Shown: one piece after another, positions 57,909 to 64,000 of the stretch
How positions within the stretch are numbered: the stretch's first letter is position 1
Layout of the letters: every line of letters begins with the position of its first letter
DNA from: the human T2T-CHM13v2.0 reference genome, Homo sapiens
NCBI RefSeq assembly: GCF_009914755.1
Contig: NC_060925.1
Length of the DNA stretch: 64,000 nucleotides
Strand: one strand, 5' to 3'
The notes under the pieces: generated by a model
What the model was told of the DNA's origin: nothing
The model's database searches: none
The model's input: the letters and a program-made list of their open reading frames with translations, nothing else
Program-made: the position numbers and the translations under genes

Positions 57909-60900
57909 ATATCTTCACATAAATGCCAGTCAGAAGCATTCTCAGAAACTGCTTTGTGTTGTGTTCATTCCACTCACAGTGTTGAACCTTTCATTTGATA
58001 GATCAGTTTTGAAACTCTCTTTTTGTATAACCTGCAAGTGTTCCTTCCATGTGCTTTGAGGCCTATGGTGGAAAAGTAAATATCTTCACATAAAAACTAG
58101 ATGGAAGCATTCTCAGAAACTTCTTTCTGATATGTGCATTGAACTCACAGAGTTGAACCTTTGTTTTGATAGGGCAGTTTTGAAACACTCCTTTTGTAGA
58201 ATCTGCTTGTGGATATTTGGAGCTCTTTGAGGCCTTCATTGGAAACGGGATATCTTCAAATAAAAACTAGAAAGAAGCACTCACAGAAAGTGCTTTGTGA
58301 TGTGTGCATTCACCTCACAGAGGTGAACCTTTCTTTTGAGAGAGCACTTTTGAAACAGTCTTTTTGTAGAATCTGCAAGTGGATATTTCTAGCGATTTGA
58401 GGCCTAAGGTGGAAAAGAAATATCTTCAAATAAAAACTAGAGAGAAGCATTCTCAGAAACTTCTTTGTGATGTGTGCATTCAACTCATGTAGTTGAACCT
58501 TTCTTTTGATAGAGCAGTTTTGAAACACTCCTTTTGAATAATCTGCTTGTGAATATTTGGAGCTCTTTGAGACCTTCATTGGAAACGGGATATCTTCAAG
58601 TAAAAACCAGACAGAAGCAGTCTCAGAAACTGCTTTTTGATGTGTGCATTCAACTCACAGAGTTGAACCTTTGTTTTGATAGAGCAGTTTTGAAACACTC
58701 TTTTTTTAGAAGCTGCAAGTGTTCATTTGGAGAGCTTTGTGTCCTATGGTGGGAAAGGAAATATCTTCACATAAAACCTAGACAGAAGCATTCTCAGGAA
58801 CTTCTTTGTGATGTTTGCATTCAACCCACAGAATTGAACAAACCTTTCCATGGAGCAGTTTGAAACAGTCTTTTTGTAGAATCTGCCATTAGATATTTGG
58901 ACCACTTAGAGGCCTTCGTTGAAAACGGAAATATCTTCACATAAAAACTAGACAGAAGCATTCTCAGGCACTTCTTTGTGATGTGTGTATTCAACTCACA
59001 GCGTTGAACTTTTCTTTTGATAGAGCAGTTTTGAAAAAACTCATTTTGTAGAATCTGCAAGTGGACATTTGGAGAGCTTTGAGGCCTGTTGTGGAAAAGG
59101 AAATACCTTCACATAAAAACTAGACAGAAGCATTCTCAGAAACTTCTTTGTGAAGTGTGCATTCAACTCACAGAGTTGAACCTTGTTTTTCATAGAGCAG
59201 TTTTGTAACATTCTTTTCGTAGAATTTGTAAGTGGAAATTTGGATAGCTTTGAGGCCTATGGTGTAAAAGAAAATGTCTTCAAATAAAGACTAGACAGAA
59301 GCATTTTCAGAAACGTCTTTGTGATGTGTGCATTCAACTCACAGAGTTGAGCATTCCTTTTGATACAACAGTTTTGAAACACTCTTTTTGTAGAAGGAGC
59401 AAGTGGATATTTTGGCTGCTTTGATACCTTCGTTGGAAAAGGGAATATCTTCACATAAAAACTAGACAGAAGCATTCTCAGAAACTACTTTGTGATGTGT
59501 GTATTCAACTAATACAGTTGAAGCTTTCTTTTGATAGAGCAATTTTGAAACACTCTTTTTGTAGTATCTGCAAGTGGACATTTGGAGAGCTTTGAGGCCT
59601 ATGATGGAAAAAAAATATCTTCACGTTAAAACTAGACAGAAGCTTTCTCAGAAACTTCTTTGTGATATTTGCATGCAACTCACAGCGTTGAAACTTTCTT
59701 TTGATAGAGAAGTTTTGAAACACTCTATTTGTAGAATCTGCAAGTGGACATTTAGTGAGCTTTGAGGCCTATGCTGGAAAAGGAAATATCTTCACATAAA
59801 AAATAGACAGAAGAATTCTCAGAAACTTCCTTGTGATATTTGCATTCAACTCACAAAGTTGAACATACCTTTTCATAGTGCGGTCTTGAAACACTCTTAC
59901 TGTAGTATCTGCAAGTCGATAATTTGACCACGTTGATGCCTTCGTCTGAAGCGGAAATATCTTAACATAAATACTAGACAGATGCATTCTCAGAAACCTC
60001 TTTGTGATGTTTGCATTCAACTCACAGGATTTAGCAAACCTTTTCATAGAGCAGTTTTAAAACACTCTTTTTGTAGAATCTACACGTGTATATTTGGACC
60101 ACTTTGAGGCCTTCATTGGAAACGGGAATATCTTCACATAAAAACGTGACAGAAGCATTCTCAGAAACTTCTTTGTGATGTGTGCTTTCAACTCACAGCG
60201 TTGAAACTTTCTTTTGATAGAGCAGTTTTGAAATCCTCTTTTTGTAGAATCTGCAAGTGTACATTTGGAGAGTTTGAAGCCTATAGTGGAAAAGGAAATA
60301 TCTTCACATAAAATATAGACAGAAGCATTTTCAAAAACATCTTTGTGATATTTGCATTCAACTCACAGAGTTGAACATTCCTTTTCATAGAGCAGTTTGG
60401 AAACACTCTTTTTGTAGAATCTGCAAGTGGATATTTGGTCCCCTTGAGGCCTTCGTTGGAAATCGGAATATCTTCAAATAAAAACTAGACAGGAGCATTC
60501 TCGGAAACTTCTTTGTGATGTGTGCATTGAACTCACAGAGTTGAACTTTTCTTTTGATAAAGTAGTTTGGAAACACTCTTTTTGTAGAATCTGCAAGTGG
60601 ACTTTCAGAGAGCTTTGAGGCCTATTGTTGAAAAGGAAATATTTTGAAATAGAAACTAGACAGAAGCATTCTCAGAAACTTCTTTGTGATGTTTGCATTC
60701 AACTCAAAGAGTTGAAACTTCCTTTTCATGGAGCCGTTTTGAAACATTCTTTTCGTAGAATCTGCAAGGGAATATTTGGACCGCTTTGAGGCCTTCATTG
60801 GAAACGCGAATATCTTCACATAAAAACTAGACAGAAAGATTCTCAGAAACTTCTTTGTGATATTTGCATTCAATTCACAGAGTTGAACAGACCTTTACAT

Positions 60901-61134
60901 AGAGCAGTTTTGAAACACTCTTTTTGTAGAATCTGCAAGTGGACATTTAGAGAGCATTGTGGCCTATGGTGGAAAAGGAAATATCTTCACATAAAAACAA
61001 GACAGAAGCATTCTGAGAAACTTCTTTGAGATGTTTGCATTCAACTCACAGAGTTGTACCTTCCTTTTCCTAGAGCAGTTTTGAAACACTCTTTTTGTAG
61101 AATCTGCAAGTGGATATTTGGACCACTTTGGGGC

Positions 61135-61151
61135 CTTCGTTGGAAACGGGA
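61135..61151 (+). promoter_or_regulatory. CENP-B box (canonical)
   Basis: CTTCGTTGGAAACGGGA. Confidence 0.9.
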
Positions 61152-63525
61152 ATACCTTCACATAAAAACTAGACAGAAGTATTCTCAGAAACTTCTTTGT
61201 GATGTGTGCCTTCAATTCACAGAGTTGAACTTTTCTTTTGATAGAGCAGTATTGAAACACTCTTTTTGTAGAATTTGCAACTGGACATTTGGAGAGCTTT
61301 GAGGCCTGTTGTGGAAAAGGATGTATCTTCACATAAAGAAATAGACAGAAGCATTCTCAGAAACTTCTTTGTGAAGCGTGCATTCAACTCACAGAGTTGA
61401 ACCTTGTTTTTCATAGAGCAGTTTTGAAACATTCTTTTCATAGAATCTGCAAGTGAATATATGGACCGCTTTGAGGACTTCAATTGAAATGGGGGTATCT
61501 TCACATAAAAACTAGACAGAAGCATTCTCAGAAACTTTTTCTGGTGTGCGCATTCTACTCACGGATTTGAACTTAACTTTTCATAGAGCAGTTTTGAAAC
61601 ACTCTTTTTGTAGAATTTGCAAGTGGACATTTTGATAGCTTTGAGGCCTATGGTGTTAAAGGAAATATCTTCACATAAAAACTAGACAGAAGTATTTTCA
61701 GAAACGTCTTTGTGATGTGTGCATTCTACTCACAGAGTTGAACTTCGTTTTGATAGAGCAGTTTTGAAACACTCTTTTTGTAGTATGAGCAACTGGATAT
61801 TTTGACTGCTTTGATGTCTTCATTGGAAAAGGGAATATCTTCACATAAAAACTAGACAGAATCACTCCCATGAACTACTTTGTGATGTGTGTATTCTACT
61901 CATAGAGTTGAACATTTCTTTTGATAGAGCAGTTTTGAAACACTCTTTTTGTAGAATCTGTAAGTGGACATTTGGAGAGTTTTGAGGCCTATGATGGAAA
62001 AAAAAATATCTTCACATAAAAACTAGACAGAAGCATTCTCAGAAACTTCTTTGTGATGTTTGCATTCAACTCACAGAACTGAACCTTCCTTTTCATTGAG
62101 CAGTTTTGAAACACTCTTTTCGTAGAATCTGCAATTGGATATTTCGACCGCTTTGAGGCCTTCATTGGAAACGGGAATAACCTCACATAAAAACTAGACA
62201 GAAGCATTCTCAGAAACGCCTTTGTGATCTGTGCATTCAACTCACAGAGTTGAACCTTCTTTTTCATAGAGCAGTTTTTAAACACTCTTTTTGTAGAATC
62301 TGCAAGTGGACATTTGGAGCGCTTTGAGGGCAGTGGTGCAAAAGAATATATCTTCACATAAAAACTAGATGGAAGCGTCCTCAGAAATTTCTTTGTGATG
62401 TTTGCATTCAAATGCCAGAGTTGAACATACCTTATCATAGAGCAGTTTTGAAACACTCTTTTTGTACCATCTACAAGTGGACATTTTGAGAGCTTTGAGG
62501 CCTATGGTAGAAAAGGAAATATCTTCACATGAAAAATAGACAGAAGCATTATCAGAAACTTTGTGATCTTTGCATTCAACTCACAGAGTTAAACCTTCCT
62601 TTTCATAGAGCTCTTTTGAAATACTCTTTTCGTAGAATCTGCAAGTGGATATTTGGACCACTTTGAGGCCTTCTTTGGAAACGGGAATATTTTCACATAA
62701 AAACTAGACAGAAGCATTCTCAGAAAAGTCCTTGTAATGTCTGCATTCAACTCACAGAGGTGAACCTTCCTTTTCATAGAGCACTTTTGAAACACTCTTT
62801 TTGTGGAATCTACAAGTGGACTTTTGCAGCGCTTTGAGGACTACGGTGGAAAAGGAAAGATCTTCACATAAAAACTAGACAGAAGCATTCTCACAGACTT
62901 CTTTGTGATGTTTGCATTCAACTAACAGAGTTGAGCATACCTTTTCGTGGAGAAGTTTTGAAACACTCTTTTTTGCAGAATCTGTAGGTGGATATTTGGA
63001 CCGCTTTGAGGACTTCATTGGAAACAGGAATATCTTCACATAGAAACCAGACAGAAGCATTCTCAGAAATATCTTTGTGATGTGTGCATTCAACTCACAG
63101 AGTTGAACCTTTCCTTTGGTAGAGCAGTTTTGAAACACTTTTTTTGAAGTATTTGTAAGTGGACATTTGGAGCGCTTTGAGGGCAATGGTGGAAAAGTGA
63201 ATATCTTCACATAAAGACTAGACAGAAGCATTCTCAGAAACTTCTTTGTGATGTTTGCATTCAACTCACAGAGTTGAACATAACTTTTCATAGAGCAGTT
63301 TTGAAACACTCTTTTTGTAGAATCTTCATGTGGACATTTAGAGCGCTTTGAGGGCTATGGTTGAAAAGGAAATATCTTCACATAAAAACTAGACAGAAGC
63401 ATTCTCAGAAACTTCTTTGTGATGTTTGCATTAAAGTCAGAGGGTTGAACCTTCCTTACCATAGAGCAGTTTTGAAGCACTCTTATTTTAGAATCTGCAA
63501 GTGGATATTTGGACCACTTTGAGGC

Positions 63526-63542
63526 TTTCGTTTGAAACGGGA
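63526..63542 (+). promoter_or_regulatory. CENP-B box (core intact)
   Basis: TTTCGTTTGAAACGGGA. Confidence 0.75.
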
Positions 63543-64000
63543 TTATCTTCACATTAAAAACTAGACAGAAGCATTCTCGGAAACTTCTTTGAGATGTGTG
63601 AATTCAACTCACAGAGTTGAAACTTTCTTTTGATAGAGTAGTTTTGAAACACTCTTTTTTGTAGAATCTGAAAGTGGACATTGGAGATCTTTGAGGTCCA
63701 TAGTGAAAAGCACATATCTTCACATAAAACAAGACAGAAGCATTTTCAGAAAGATCTTTGTGATGTTTGCATTCAACTCACAGAGTTGAACATTCCTTTT
63801 CATAGAGCAGTATTAAAACACTCTTTTTGTAGTATTTGCAAGTGGATATTTGGACCGCATTGATGTCTTCTTTGGAAACGGGGATATCTTCACATAAAAA
63901 CTAGAAAGAAGCATTCTCAGAAACATCTTTGTGATGTTTACTTTCAACTCACAGAGCTGAAGCTTCCTTTTGATAAAGAAGTTTTGAAACACTCTTTTTG

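Larger units (their letters stand above)
53157..58800 (+). repeat. Alpha satellite, continuation of the irregular A/B layer
   Basis: Same monomer types as 30294-39450; intact CENP-B cores at 54832, 57553 and 57892. Confidence 0.95.
58801..64000 (+). repeat. Alpha satellite, distinct SF5 (R1/R2)-like layer
   Basis: New diagnostic bases become common: gatgtttgcattc, ttttcatagagcag, gtggacatttgg, ggacc(a/g)ctttgaggccttc. The alpha satellite call is secure, while the family assignment and boundary are approximate. Confidence 0.75.

Noticed and set aside
53143-63863. ORFs up to 155 aa (e.g. 61989-62456)
   Set aside because: Same satellite translation artefact.

Overview
This is primate (great-ape, most likely human) pericentromeric DNA with no genuine protein-coding or RNA genes. 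About 52 kb is diverged ~171-bp alpha satellite. About 12 kb is two full-length, inactivated L1PA2/L1PA3-type LINE-1 elements (39451-45471 and 47194-53156), in the same orientation and exactly ~10 monomers apart. The alpha satellite switches strand three times (12209/12210, 15997/15998, ~30285-30294). It forms three apparent layers: a degenerate 3-mer/4-mer higher-order array whose CENP-B boxes are systematically broken (1-~27850), a more irregular layer with scattered intact CENP-B boxes (~27850-58800), and an SF5(R1/R2)-like layer (~58800-64000). Two observations stand out. First, both L1s sit at the identical nucleotide of the monomer with the same TSD and share an inactivating 1-bp deletion, a poly(A)-tail signature and many non-consensus bases, yet they lie in different monomer types and differ at subfamily-type positions; this suggests recombination or gene-conversion exchange, or spread of a dead L1 within the satellite. 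Second, a 3.8-kb inversion has an ~88-bp patchwork of iteratively copied local sequence beside its left junction. Satellite strands are given relative to the conventional CATTCTCAGAAAC... consensus orientation. L1 consensus comparisons are from memory and need computational confirmation.
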